Below the pieces are notes generated by a model, which worked only from the letters and a program-made list of their open reading frames with translations, ran no database searches and was not told where the DNA came from. Shown one piece after another: positions 47,281 through 59,700 of a stretch of DNA of 64,000 nucleotides. Source of the DNA: Lophium mytilinum (Eukaryota); the NCBI GenBank assembly GCA_010093605.1, contig MU004189.1, forward strand, positions 1,495,834 to 1,559,833, read 5' to 3'. Within the stretch, counting starts at the first letter, position 1. The number at the start of each line of letters is the position of its first letter. The position numbers and the translations under genes were made by a program.

Positions 47281-50029
47281 GTGGTCGTATGATGCATTGC
47301 GCTGGCCGCACGAGTAAGGAAACAAGGCGGGTGGCACATGGATCAGGAGTTCTCATTTAGCCTGCTCCCATACAGCAATTCCAGCAGAGGAGGCAACCAA
47401 AAAATCCTTGCACCGACACGACATAACACCTGTTTGCCACCACGCTGGCACAACAACCTATAGGATGATAGGGGAAGATGTCCATGTTCGAAATCCGAGT
47501 CTCCCGAGTAGAACCTGGCTCGGCTATTTCGCAGTGTCGAGAGATGCGAGTTTTAAACGGAGCTCAGGGGCATGATGTGCAGGGGCGCTCAAGCCGGAAA
47601 ACGGGTCACACCAGATAGCCCAAGAAAACTAGGGGAGGAGGGTCCTGGGACAGAGGCGGTCACTGCTCCTATGGTCCGAGGGGAAAGACACGTGTAGGGC
47701 GCCAGACATGCATACAATTAGTTGCCTGCATACGGACATGGAAGAGTTGGGGCCGTTCATGGAGGAACTAGGAGAGGATTCAGGATGAGGAATATGATCT
47801 ACGAGGTGGAGATCCACGGGACACTGGACATGGTGCAGCTGCGGGCGGCTGCCGTCCGCGTGGCAAGTGGTTTCAAGGCACGAGGGCCCTGGTCGAATGC
47901 AGGGCATGGTGTCGAATAGTATCGCAATTCCAAGCCAATTTGGTCACGCAGCCACTGAAAGAAGGCTGTACTCCGTAAACGGAAGACAATGAGTTGGTGC
48001 TTCACAAGGGAGTCCCAAATTGCTGCTGCACCCCGCAAAGACAGGGCTCACATTTATCCCTGGGGCATGCTCCACATGCTTCTGGAAGAATTTATCGAAG
48101 CCACTCCGCAGCATATCCCTGGGCCATATCCCCGCACACATCCCAAAGCCTTATCCCGGGACGGAGATATGCACTCCGCTGCCCTGAATGCGGGCAGATA
48201 TCGGCTTCTAATCACAACGACGCCCAACTTGCACAGTTGTTTCTGCACCATCGCGCGCTCCGCTTGTGCTCAGACCACGCCGGCGTCATCACCAGTACTA
48301 GCTAACGCCCGTGCATTGTTCGTGGTTTCCTCTGACCTCTCTGCCGACGGTTTTGATTTCCTGGACAGCACCATCTCGTTACCCGGTTTTACTTAAGTCG
48401 CCAAGGATCGTCAATCATGCATAAGAAGTATCGTTGCAACGGCGAAGCTAGTGATGGAACGTCACCCTAAACATATGCTAGGACCTAGGTAAACTTTCGG
48501 TACTTTCACCGAGCAGTGATCAAATCTGTGCCGACATTAGCACCAGAAAGCCTGCCCTACTTGGCACCTGACCTGACAGTAGTCAAAATGTGGTTCCACA
48601 CAGTCTAGCTGCTGTCCAAGGAATGTTGAGAGAGAGGGGGGGTTGAAATACCTTCTCTTCTCTCCTCCTGCGTCCTGTGCCACTTCTCCTAACATTCGGG
48701 ATCACCATCACATCCTTGCTACGGCCGACATTACAGTCTTTCCACGTCTCCAGTATCCTTCCTGGCGTCCTCGTGCCGGCTGAGTCCTTCGATATACCAG
48801 TGCTAATAGGTGAGGTGAGGTTCATGGGGCTCTGTAGCATCACCAAACCCCCAAACCACGGCCCCCGGCCAAGCCACTACAAACATAATGCACTCTACAT
48901 TCTCATCCATGACAACCCGCAGACACGCACACTAGAAACATCTCCGCCCAATCGCACTTGATGCACTGGTCTCTCGTCCACTTTTCTTGCGCAAGCTCGG
49001 GAAGGTGGGAGCTGCCGCGATCCAGTGCCGCATCTCGGACGGTTATATTAGACGGTAAGGCGAGTCCCTGGACCAGGCACTGCCGCTTCACCTTCCCTTA
49101 CTACCTACCGTATAGGATTGTGCTGCCGCAGATGCTTGCTAAATGGTACATTAACCAACGGCAATAAGTGGGCCCCGACGACGGAGGTTTGAGTCACCTG
49201 AGACTGAGTCGACCTACCTGCATGATCTTTACGTTGCCACATGGCTACTATTAACGCACATACAACCAATCATACGACACCGCCGTAACGATCACTGACA
49301 GCGGCACACGTCCGCCTCGCCTACCCAACACTAAAACAGGCGAGGCATTACCTTCGGTCGTAGTATGAGCAGGGGCTTTGATTATACCCCTATATGTGAC
49401 TTGACGTCAGCTATAATACATAGGATACCTACCTATACTATAGTAAGCCACCTCACGAGACATGGGACTTAGCCTCACACCTCACGGCGTAGCGGCTTCA
49501 TGGGTCTAGACGAGCCTCGGTCCAAGGCATGAAAAGTTTCGTTCGCGGTTTGAAATTCCCGGGTTTTCATCTCCCTCAAGCGAATTGCGGCTTTATGCAT
49601 GGTACAATATAGTGGGCTGATGATGCGCCGACGGTGACTATGATAGAGAGGCATTCGGAGTTGCTTCTCAGAGTAGTAAGCTCATTTGTTTGAAAGCGGA
49701 CCTTGACGATGTGATTATGCTGCATGCGTCACATTTTTAGTATGGGTGGATCTCTTCTTTTCTGTTTCGCATCAAAAGACTCGGCCAGCTGTGACAACAT
49801 CTGCGTATTTCGTATGGTCTTTCGACCTGGTTCTTGGAATTCCCCTGACTCCCTCGTCCTGGACTCGAATCCTTCATTTCTACTCTCCAACATTAACAGT
49901 CATAAGGTCTCAAGTCCTCTCGTAGATACTGAAGATGTCAAACCACGTTCTCAACTCTCTCAATCAGCATACTCTAAGCTCATACCTGCTAGTACCCTCC
50001 ACCTCGAACCATGCTCTGATGTCAGAGCA

Positions 50030-50337
50030 TCATCTGCCTAAAGCCCTCTCGAGGGTATCGTCGTCACCCTCGAAGCCTATGTCAGCGTTCGCATGCACTT
50101 AAAGACAATTCAAACTGAAGACTCACTTCTCCGATAAATTTCAAAGCTCTTTGCCTTCGATAATGCCTGTAATGCCTGCTGATCGTCATTTCTTCTCCTT
50201 CTTCTACAAAGGCATGTAACTCTATTAATGGAATTTCGTACATACCTTAACGAGGGTTCTTCATAATTGGTAACATACATCGTCGTGCCGAAGAAGAGGC
50301 CGAGGGTGATTAGCACGGTTGCGAAGATGAGGGCCAT
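50030..50337 (-). CDS. Putative 85-aa small protein with N-terminal hydrophobic helix (exons 50337-50127, 50076-50030)
   Basis: ATCATGG start and MALIFATVLITLGLFFG N-terminus. Consensus intron GTGAGT...GCTGAC...ATAG (50077-50126), with a second intron-like segment (49929-49985) downstream. Confidence 0.55.
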
Positions 50338-50724
50338 GATGATGGAGAGCGAAGCGTGGGGTTTTGATATTACAGCGTAGTGATATGAAGGATAATCTTG
50401 AGAGCTACGATGATGTAGAGATTTGGAGGGTTATATACTGGACGTCGCATTCTGAGAGATTGATTGTGGGTGGACTATGAAGCGAAAAAGGGATCCGTGG
50501 TTGAGGTTGATGCTGATGATTCGAAACCCGATGAAAATTTCTACCATTTCCATGGATCATACACATGAGCACAACTTCTCCCCGGAAACACTGAGAATTA
50601 GCTTACCTGTCTTCCATTACAGCGCACTCTCAGCTCTTTTTAAAGGGCCGCACCGCCGTATTTTCTTCTTATAATCCGCTTTGTCTCACCGGACGCTCTT
50701 CACCCAAAACTACACTCAGGCACC

Positions 50725-50982
50725 ATGATCTTCTCGATCGTAGTCCCCTATATCATCCCTTACACCATCCCAATCGCCTTCCCTATCGTCTTCCCCATCG
50801 TTCTCCCTATACTCTTCCCGATCATCACATCATTGGGACCACTCGGTCTGCTGGTTCGCACCGACGGCGACTACGACCACCTCGACGCCAATATTGTCAA
50901 CAACGACAACAATGATAACGATGTCGCTGTTTATAGCGACTTTGAAGAAGATTCCGACTTTGAAGACCTTTGGATCTTCTAG
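50725..50982 (+). CDS. Putative 85-aa protein with hydrophobic Pro-periodic N-terminus and acidic tail
   Basis: CACCATG start, C-ending codon bias, 12-nt periodic Pxxx repeats and an Asp/Asn/Glu-rich C-terminus. Confidence 0.45.
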   Translation: MIFSIVVPYIIPYTIPIAFPIVFPIVLPILFPIITSLGPLGLLVRTDGDYDHLDANIVNNDNNDNDVAVYSDFEEDSDFEDLWIF

Positions 50983-51058
50983 ATGTCGAGGCTGAGGCAA
51001 GTGATAAAGGTTGCATAACTCCACGCACTGTGCTAATCGAATAAGCAGCATACAGCTA

Positions 51059-51285
51059 CAGTACTAGGCCATTAGTCTGGGCACATGAACTCAGTGCTGC
51101 TTAGCTCCAACTTGCTCACTTGACACCACTGTTCGGGGTAGCCTGGTTGCTGAACAGCCAGATTATCAAGAGATAGTCTAATCTATAGTGCTTGAACCTC
51201 GACATTGCCGCTGGATCTTGGGGTTCTTGTGGGGGTACCCCAAGCAGTAGTGAACCAATGTGCCCAGACTTGTGGCCTGTCACAG
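51059..51285. mobile_element. 227-bp degenerate Tc1/mariner-type MITE (copy A)
   Basis: TA|CAGTACTAGGCCATTAGTCTGGGCACAT ... ATGTGCCCAGACTTGTGGCCTGTCACAG|TA, an imperfect ~45-bp TIR. Confidence 0.8.
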
Positions 51286-51454
51286 TAGGTTCTTGTTGAT
51301 AAGGGAGGATGAACTTGAGCGCATCTGGGTCTTGAGGAGGACGAATTTCCTATGAGTTGTGACGAGAAAATGCGGCATGCGACAGACAATCTAAATACTA
51401 GAAATCTAAATACTTCTGAGGTTTGGATTTGCACGCCTCTACACTCGTATTGTA

Positions 51455-51833
51455 CAGTACTAGGCCACAAGTCTGGGCACACCTCACTATTACTGCTTAG
51501 CTTTAATGTTGCTCGCTCGGCACCGCTGTAGGGGGTGGCCAGGCTGCTACGGAGCTACGCAGTAAAGGGGCTGTCTAACCTGCACTACTTAAAACTCGAT
51601 ATCGCCTTCAGGTCTTTAAAACCTGTGACACGTGGATCTATTACTGCTAGGTTCTAACGTTGCCCACTCAACACCACTGTAGGGGGTAGCCTGGCTGCTA
51701 AGCAGCTCGTTAGTCAAAAGGCAGTCTGATCTATACTGTTTGAAACTCGACATTGCCTATAGATCTTCTAAGTCCCTGGGGGGTCCCCCTAGCAGTGGCG
51801 AACTCGTATGCCCAATCTTATGGCCTGTCACTG
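51455..51833. mobile_element. 379-bp MITE of the same family (copy B) with internal ~151-bp tandem duplication
   Basis: TA|CAGTACTAGGCCACAAGTCTGGGCA ... TGCCCAATCTTATGGCCTGTCACTG|TA. The internal unit starts at 51488 and again at 51639. Confidence 0.82.
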
Positions 51834-51987
51834 TACCATGACGCTCCGAGGAGTTGAGGGTTGTGATATTTGATACTGCTCACACTCTGCACTGCCTTGT
51901 GACGTGAGCATTTTGATTTATACCGAAGAAGCCTTAACCAGCTTCTCTACTTACTGTCCTATTTTCTCCACCTTAAGCCGCCCGCCC

Positions 51988-53224
51988 TTACACCCTCCTC
52001 CTCCCAAACACCCTAAACCGCTTCACGCCCCCATCCGGAATGATGACCAGTTTGAGATGCGAATACACCGCCCCCTTCACATTGACCAGCACATCTCCTT
52101 GGTACTCATGCTCCTTATCCGGCCCCGCCTTCTGCGGCACCAGCACCTGCACCCATCCCTTATCCGCAGCCCCCGGGTCACCACTGTCCCAAAGCCCCGC
52201 AAACACCTGCACCTTCTGCGGGAAATTCCCCCTGAAATGCGCCGTGTCGACCACGATCTTATCCACCTCCCCCTTCGTCCCCAGCCTGATGATCGTCCAG
52301 TCGACATGCTCGCCCCTCGTCCGCTTCGTCTCCCACCCATCGCCCATATCATGCCCGCGGCCAGGCAAGAGCAGGTTATCCTTCGTGCCGAAGTGCTGAT
52401 CCGAGCAACTCACCGCGACGCCCCCATTGACCGTCGCAGCAAGGTCGAACACGTCGTCGATGCTGGCGGGGAAGACGGGCAGCGCGACGCCGTAGAGCCT
52501 GAAGCGCGCGATGCCGCCGTCCGGGAACATGAGCAGCCGCACGTGCGTGTACGCCACCGTGAGGTCTTCTAGCGCCCACGCCTGCCGCTGGCTGGGCCCG
52601 CACTCCTGCCTCTCCAGTATGTTCTCCCAGCCCGCGTAGCCCGGGTGCTTGACCTCGTCGTCGTCGGTGCTGAAGGTGCCCTCGACGGCGATGGCGGGCG
52701 CGTGATTGCCGTCGAAGAAGGCCGTGTCGATTTCGACCCCTGCGACCCGCCCTGAGGCCACCCCGAGCCGGATCACGACCCAGTCGGCGGGCGAGGTGTT
52801 GTGGCGGCGCGTCTCCCAGCCATCGTACCAGGCGCCGGCGTGGGTGAAGACGCCGGGCTTGCGGACGGGTGCAGTGGGTGTGGTAAGGTTATCGGCGGAA
52901 GCAAACCATTCTGGCAGAGTTAGTGGATGTAAGATAGCGATCTGCAAGACTATAGTTACGAACCGTCACTGAAGGCGAGGATGCGGGACCCTAGAGGCTT
53001 GGAGATGAGATCTAGGGACACCAGCTGCTGTTAGCAAGTCACTTTCGCTTTTGGGAGAGGTAGGGGGCCCTATTTTGCTGAGTTTATCGGATGTAGGGGG
53101 TGGGTGTACCTATGTAGTGCGATCCAAGGGTTGTCGCAATCTTATCTGCAGCCACCGGGGAGGACTTAGATGTGCCAATGCTCTTGATCTTGAGGATCTC
53201 GGGGGTCACGACGGGAATCTCCAT
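51988..53224 (-). CDS. DAL2: Allantoicase (3 exons)
   Basis: Two allantoicase repeats: YDGWETRRHN / MGDGWETKR, IDTAFFDGN / VDTAHFRGN, PDGGIARFR / PDGGVKRFR. Confidence 0.93.
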
Positions 53225-53543
53225 GTTGAGTGTGGTCTGAATGGAACTTGTGGGTATTCAATTGGCTTTAAGTGGTGCAGTGAATGAAAAGTCCGGTGTC
53301 GCATGCTACCTTCAAAATGCCGTGACGAAACTACCCCGCGGCGGGGCAAGATAGTAGCTAGCGGCGGCGACGTCCGTGAAAGCAAAGGAGTATTCCGATG
53401 ATCAAAGTTTTCCCCCTATACCCAACGGAGAATTGAACAACACGAATGGAACTGATACGCTGGCCCTTACATATGCTGGAACTTGGTGGTCGTCTATCAT
53501 AATCTCTATGCCGAGACCCGTCTGAACAATGCCGCCGAAATCA

Positions 53544-56086
53544 CTAGCTGTACGACTCGTCTTCCCACTTTGAGTTTGCGTAAATATTCCCTCCGTTCTT
53601 ATTACCAGTCAAGTCGAGCTTCGCTAGAAACTCTGGTGGAACGGTAGGCAGATATTTCCGCTCTCGTTCCTTGTTGAGGCCCCCGAAGCCGGCTCCGTAG
53701 CTTATCAGCATGTCCGTGGACGTCGGCAGTGAAAACGGGAGCATTAGTGAAGGGTCCATGAGCAGATGTTCTGGGGCCTCCTCTTCCTCGTCTTCAAACT
53801 GCTTGGGAGGAGCAGGTGATGGCGAAAAAGCTTGCTGCTGTCTAGGCTTTACAGGTGTTGACGGTGAGGAATCGGCGGTTCTCTGTGCGTTTGGAGATGC
53901 GCCCGAATGTCTCCGTGGTCTTGTTTTCCGCTCTGCGGCGGCTTTCTGTAAACTAACAAGCCACTTCATCGCGTCTTTCGGCAGTCCCTTCTCCCCTACT
54001 TCTGCTCTGTAGTATTTCACCGCGTGGATGAGCTGTTGAGGTGACAGTCTCGGGAGCTGTTGAACGGTACCCTTGAGCGACTCCAAGTCACCGCCAAGGG
54101 AAGAAAAACACTGCAGCCATTGGAGTAGCTGCACGACTGGCTCAAGGTGCCGTCTGGCGGCGTCGACTGTTGCTTCCCCGGTGGAAGTCAGAGATCCATT
54201 CTCGTAGTGTTCTGGTTGTCGGTTGTTGGTCCGAGCCCATTCCTCTAAAGACGAGACGTTCATTCGAATTTGCATGGCCTTGGTTCTAGCAAGGTACTTC
54301 CTGTTAGCCATAATACGGTTGAACAGCTCCGCAGCTAGCCAATATATGAGTTGTGACAAGATCTGTGAAGTTATCACAGAGTGTATGTCGTAAAGATCGA
54401 GGACGAACAATGTGGAAGATAGTAGTGATGTGATATTCCGGGGCGATACTTGGGCTCGTCGCTTCGGGGATGGTGGACGATAGCGTTTCTCGATGGGCTC
54501 TACTGGTCTGGCCTTGGCTTTGGTGCGAAATATCTTCCACTCGTGTTGGAAGTGGACGTCCTCAAATCCAGGTATTGTTTCGTGATCTAGCATTGCCGTG
54601 TCAAGAACCTTGTCCATCCTGCGTTCGGCATCTCGTATTATCAATATGAAGATTTCGTTGATGAGCTCAGCCATTTGTAGTTGGAACTCGGATGTCGCTT
54701 GCACGAGGCCTCCGTCCTTCTTGAGGTAATGTAGAAGTAATGTGGCGTTCGACATCCAGAATGCTAAGATTGTCATATCCCACTGGTGTTTCTCAATGAC
54801 CTCGTTGATCCTGTCCATGGCAGAAACTAGCAAGGTCTCTAGTAGCTCAGGACTAGAATGGTAGAATGCGTACCGAGCACTCAGAAATAGTATGTTCGCG
54901 GGCACTGGCTTCTGTGACGGAGATCTTTGCGGCGTCATATTGGTTATGATTATGTCGAGGATGCGGTCTAACTCGTTTTCTTGAAAAACGAACATCTGAT
55001 CGTTCAGACACCGATCCCATACGAACTCCTGTACCTCTTCTAGCTCTTCGGGAGACTGCCCATAGTCAGATTCATTATCACATAGGATAGAAGCAGTCGC
55101 TTACCTCGGGCTGCTCATCTAGGCCAAGATTGCCCAAGTCAACCTCTAGATTGATGGCGCTTTCCATCATCATGCGTCGCTTCATCTCGTTCTCTGCCAT
55201 TTCCTCCTCGAATCGATCTTGTGAGAATCCGCTGGTGTAGAAGTCGCCGCCACTGACTCCAACACTGCCGATGTTATATCCACTCTCATGCAGATACTCC
55301 GAAATCTCGCTGTTCGGCTCGACGAAATCATAAGCTGTCCTTCCCGAGGATGATTTGACCTCCGGGGAGGCGCCATTATCTAGCAACAGCTTGGCTATCC
55401 CTTTATGGCGGTTCGTCATGGCCCACATCAGTGAGCTCCATCTATTCCGGTCCTGTCGGTCGACGTCTGCCCCCGCCGCAATTAGTGCGGCAACCACTTC
55501 CTCATGTCCAAAGCAGCTGGCGTAGATCAACGGAGGCGTCCCGTCGGCATCGTGGGCGTTGACATCGATGTATTCCTTCGCATCTCCGCTCACGAGGCGC
55601 TTGACCCTCTCCACGTCCCCGTTCGATGCTGCCAAGTTCAGAAGCCCCTGGAGGGCCTGCTTTTTCTCCTCCACTGAAAGGGAATCATCGGTTATGACTT
55701 TTGCCTCGTCCCCGGCGGCCGGATTGTCGCTCTTCAATCGGGCCTGATTTGCTAGCATCTGGACCAAGCGGCTGTCGCTGTCTTCGAGATTCTGAACCGC
55801 GTGCTCGTCTCCATAGCTCGGGTCATCGAGGGAGAGGTTGAAGCTAAGAGGGCGGGCAGGGACGGGCGTCGTGAGGAATTGCGACTGTCCTAGACAGTTC
55901 AGTCAACGCAAGGTCGAGCGGGAGTGCCAGGCTGCCCTCACCTTGCCAGGCATCGTACATCTCCGTCTCCTCCGCTATTATCGGCACATTCCTGCGGTCG
56001 TCGAGCGAGCGTGGGAGGTCGGCAGGGAGAGTCCGCTGCTTGGGCGGGTCTCCGGTATAGACGTGTTCATCGGTAGGCGACTCCAT
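53544..56086 (-). CDS. Ankyrin-repeat and DIL-domain protein (3 exons)
   Basis: Ankyrin repeats (GTPPLIYASCFGH, WSSLMWAMTNRH) and DIL signature (ELFNRIM...AMQIRMNVSSLEEW...QLLQ). Confidence 0.9.
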
Positions 56087-56736
56087 GGTGGCTGCCGGGC
56101 TGCATTGGCCGTATGTCCAGCTTCAACGACTGACTATGACGCATCCGGCTGTGGTAGTCTTGGTAAGGGACCAGATTTATGTATTGCCTGCGTGGATCGT
56201 GGTGGGGGCGGTGATGTGGGTCGAGGCAAGGAGCAGGACAAGCGATGGACAATGGCTCGCCTTCTCTGGTGGTGAGGTCATGAACGCTGTTGCCGATGCT
56301 GCGGAAAGTGCATCGAAGGCCGCAATATATCGAGGCCGGGCGCGATGGAGGGCGATGGTGTTGAGTTCCAGCCCTAGGGTGACCGTTATATTCCGTCCAA
56401 TGAGCGCATCGACGAGGGGAGCAGTTCCAAGGTTAGTGACGAAAGTCCAGAACTGCGCTCAAAGAGCCTCCACCTCTACCTGCGCGTCCGCCACCCTTAA
56501 TCAGCGTCACGCATCGACTAAAGTGATTACCGTCTACTGGAACCACCTCCGCAGGAAGACGACGACCATCGTTTCTCCAGCACCGCCGTATCCCATTTCC
56601 CCACGCTTCCAACTTTACCATGATCCTCGCCCCGGTCCGTTGACACCATCATCGCGCCTCCGAGTACTGCGCCGTCCGGCCGCATCGCGAGACCATGACT
56701 TGAGAGCTGTGCGAACGCGTGCGCTGCTCAGAGAAT

Positions 56737-59700
56737 ATGTCTTCATCTAGTCCCGACGCCGCAAAGCGGGCCGCACGCTTCTCCCAAATCCTCTCGCGGC
56801 TGGTTGAGGTCCCGGGATACACTTGGGATGTGGACAGAGAACCGTTCCATTCAGTGGGCTCTACCTGATTCCAGCATTCGTACTCGTACTGACAGAAATT
56901 CTGGTAGTCCTACGACAACTGGCACTTTTTTGGCTTCCAAAACACCAACTCCGACAGTCCCCAGTCGCGAGGCCGTTCCGCTCCTCCCAAGTCCTTGAAT
57001 TCCCAGTCCCACTCGAGCTCACATTCGCCGGACAGCAGTGATGCCACCGTCACGCCCACAATACCCCAAGTGCCGCACCAACGGCAGGTCATCGCGCGCG
57101 TCTCAAGACATCTGCTCCGTCTGGAAAGGGAATACCAGCTCTGCAAACTCGTAGTTGAGAAATCAGATCCCGAATGCAAACACTTTGTCCGGCCCTTGGA
57201 AATCGTCCGCCTCCCACCAAAGTCTGGAAACTCCGAGAGTCTGGTTTGCTCAATATTCGAGGCCCCAGGCGTCAATTACCTCCGCGAATTAATAGAACTA
57301 GGACCAAATTCTTTCCAGCTTGCATCCCAAACCAGTTGGGAGCTCAAAGCATTGGGCAAGAGCACCGAGCGGGTTCCTCTGCTCACGTTCCTGGACTTTG
57401 CCGTTGGTGCTACCCAGTGTTGCGAAATACTCCACCATGGAAATCGCATAGTACATGGCGAGCTGCGGGGAGATGCGTTTCACTTCAATATGGAAACACG
57501 CGTTGTGAAGATGATAAATTTTGGGTCTGGGGCGCGGTCCTTCGAGAATGGTTTGACCAGCGCAGGATGGTCCTCCTTAAGCCGCGAAGTAGGCGTTGAG
57601 CATAAGCTGCAGTTCATCGCCCCGGAGCAGACGGGACGTTTACCTGCTGAGCCAGATAGTCGCACCGACATCTACAGCCTTGGAATAGTGTTCTGGACGA
57701 TGCTAACAGGAGAGACTGCGTTTGACGGCAACAACCCTCTTGATATAATGCAAAACGTCCTCTCAAAAAGAATACCCCCGGTCTCCATAAAACGAACAGA
57801 CGTACCAGACGCGTTGTGTGCTGTAATCACGAAGATGACGCAGAAGAACATCGGCGAACGCTATAATTCTACCTCAGGCCTGAAGTACGACCTCGTACAT
57901 ATCCAAAAACTTCTCTACGAAGGTGACGGAGAAGGCCTTCAAGCATTCAAAATTGGCACCAAGGATATCTCCTGTTTCTTTAATTTACCTTCGAGACAAA
58001 TTGGACGCGAAAAAGAGCGGGCACAGGTTGTGGCAATAGTGGAAGGCGTTTCGAAACGGCAACGGCAGCCCCACCTCTCTACCAAGGGACTTAGTAGTCT
58101 TAGCTCGAACTCCTCATACTCCAACTCTCACCTTGAATCTGCAGTCCAAATCGACGATATGATGTCGGATAGCACCAGCTCCAGGGGATCCGAAAGCCGG
58201 ACGGGGAGTGGCAATGGTACCATACATATGGAGGCTACGAGATCAGTGCATCAAAAATCACAGGATAGCACCAGGAAATCTGAGCAATCTACTCCTGATG
58301 GCGTTTCAGAATTACCGGATTCGAGGCCATTGTTTATGGGAACCAGGTTTGAGAGCAGGCCCGGGCTCTCTGTCAGCAGCACAGACGGTTCATTGTCCAA
58401 CGCATCCATTCAGCGGTCAAGCGGTACTGGGACCGATGGATCGACGTCTCTTTTACGCAACGCCCAGAACATGAAAAGGAAAAGCCGCTGTGAAGTCATT
58501 ACAATCTCAGGAGCAGCTGGCCTTGGGAAGTCCTCTCTCGTGCAAAGCATCCAGATCGCAGCCAGGAGCCATGGCTACTTTGCATCAGCCAGATTTGACC
58601 AAGCAAAACGGGCACCCTTTGAACCTATCCTGAAGTTGATGTCTTCCCTCTTTCGGCAGATTTTCTCAGAGAGCGACGTGTCAACCGAGTTCCATAACAA
58701 CATACGCGCCTACGTTAGACCCGTTTGGCATCTCCTCCACAGCTACTTAGATTTACCAGAATGGTTGCTTAATTCTGGTAGTGTACCGAGGCCACAGCAG
58801 CGAGATTTGCAAGCTATCAAAAGCCCACGTCGAGCATCATCTCCGGCTATGCATTGCGGAAGTGCAGGAAATACTGCCGCAGATTGGTTGCGTTCCGGCG
58901 GCTCAACCAAATCTTCCAGGTTCATGAACACTTTCATTGAAGTCCTCCGCCTCTTTGCGGTTTGTAAATTTATTTGCTTCTGCGTTGACGATCTTCAATA
59001 TGCCGATCCGGAAAGCCTAGAGCTCATCTCAAATATTGTCTCCGGACGTATTCCGATAGTGTTCATCTTAACGTACCGAGAGGAGGATGGCTTACCGAAA
59101 GAAACTCGTTCTATGTTGCGTTCCGCAACTAGGATACAGTTGCGACCATTTGACGAGGATCACACAGCGGAGTATGTTTCCGAGACATTACATCGAGATC
59201 GCGACTATGTTTTACCGCTTGTCGCCGTAATCCAGGAGAAGACTATGGGCAATCCTTTCTTCATTCGCGAAATGCTGGATACGTGCTACCGCAAGGCCTG
59301 CGTTTATTACTCATGGAAAGATTCTACCTGGGAATATGACCTCGATAAAGTGTTCACCGAGTTCGAGTCTCAAACCTACGGATCGCAGATTAACAATGAC
59401 TTTGTCGCAAAGAGACTACAAGAGCTACCAGTCCCTACGAGATCGCTACTCGCATGGGCCTCGCTGATTGGCAATAGCTTCTCATTTAGCCTTGTCAAAA
59501 CACTGCTGGCTGGAGAAACTGTACCGTCGAACGGCTCTGAAATACCCACCTTGACCGATTCGCAAGACTCGGTTTTTGCATTGCAAGGAGCTCTGTCCTC
59601 CTACATACTGATGACCGGGGAGGACGAAGACAAGTTCAGGTTCTCTCACGATCGATACATGCAAGCCGCAACATCGTTAACAGAGTGCTACAATAAACCG

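Noticed and set aside
47300..49700. Possible tRNA or gene remnants (GTTCGAAATCC near 47486)
   Set aside because: No cloverleaf or A-box, and the ORFs lack coding character.
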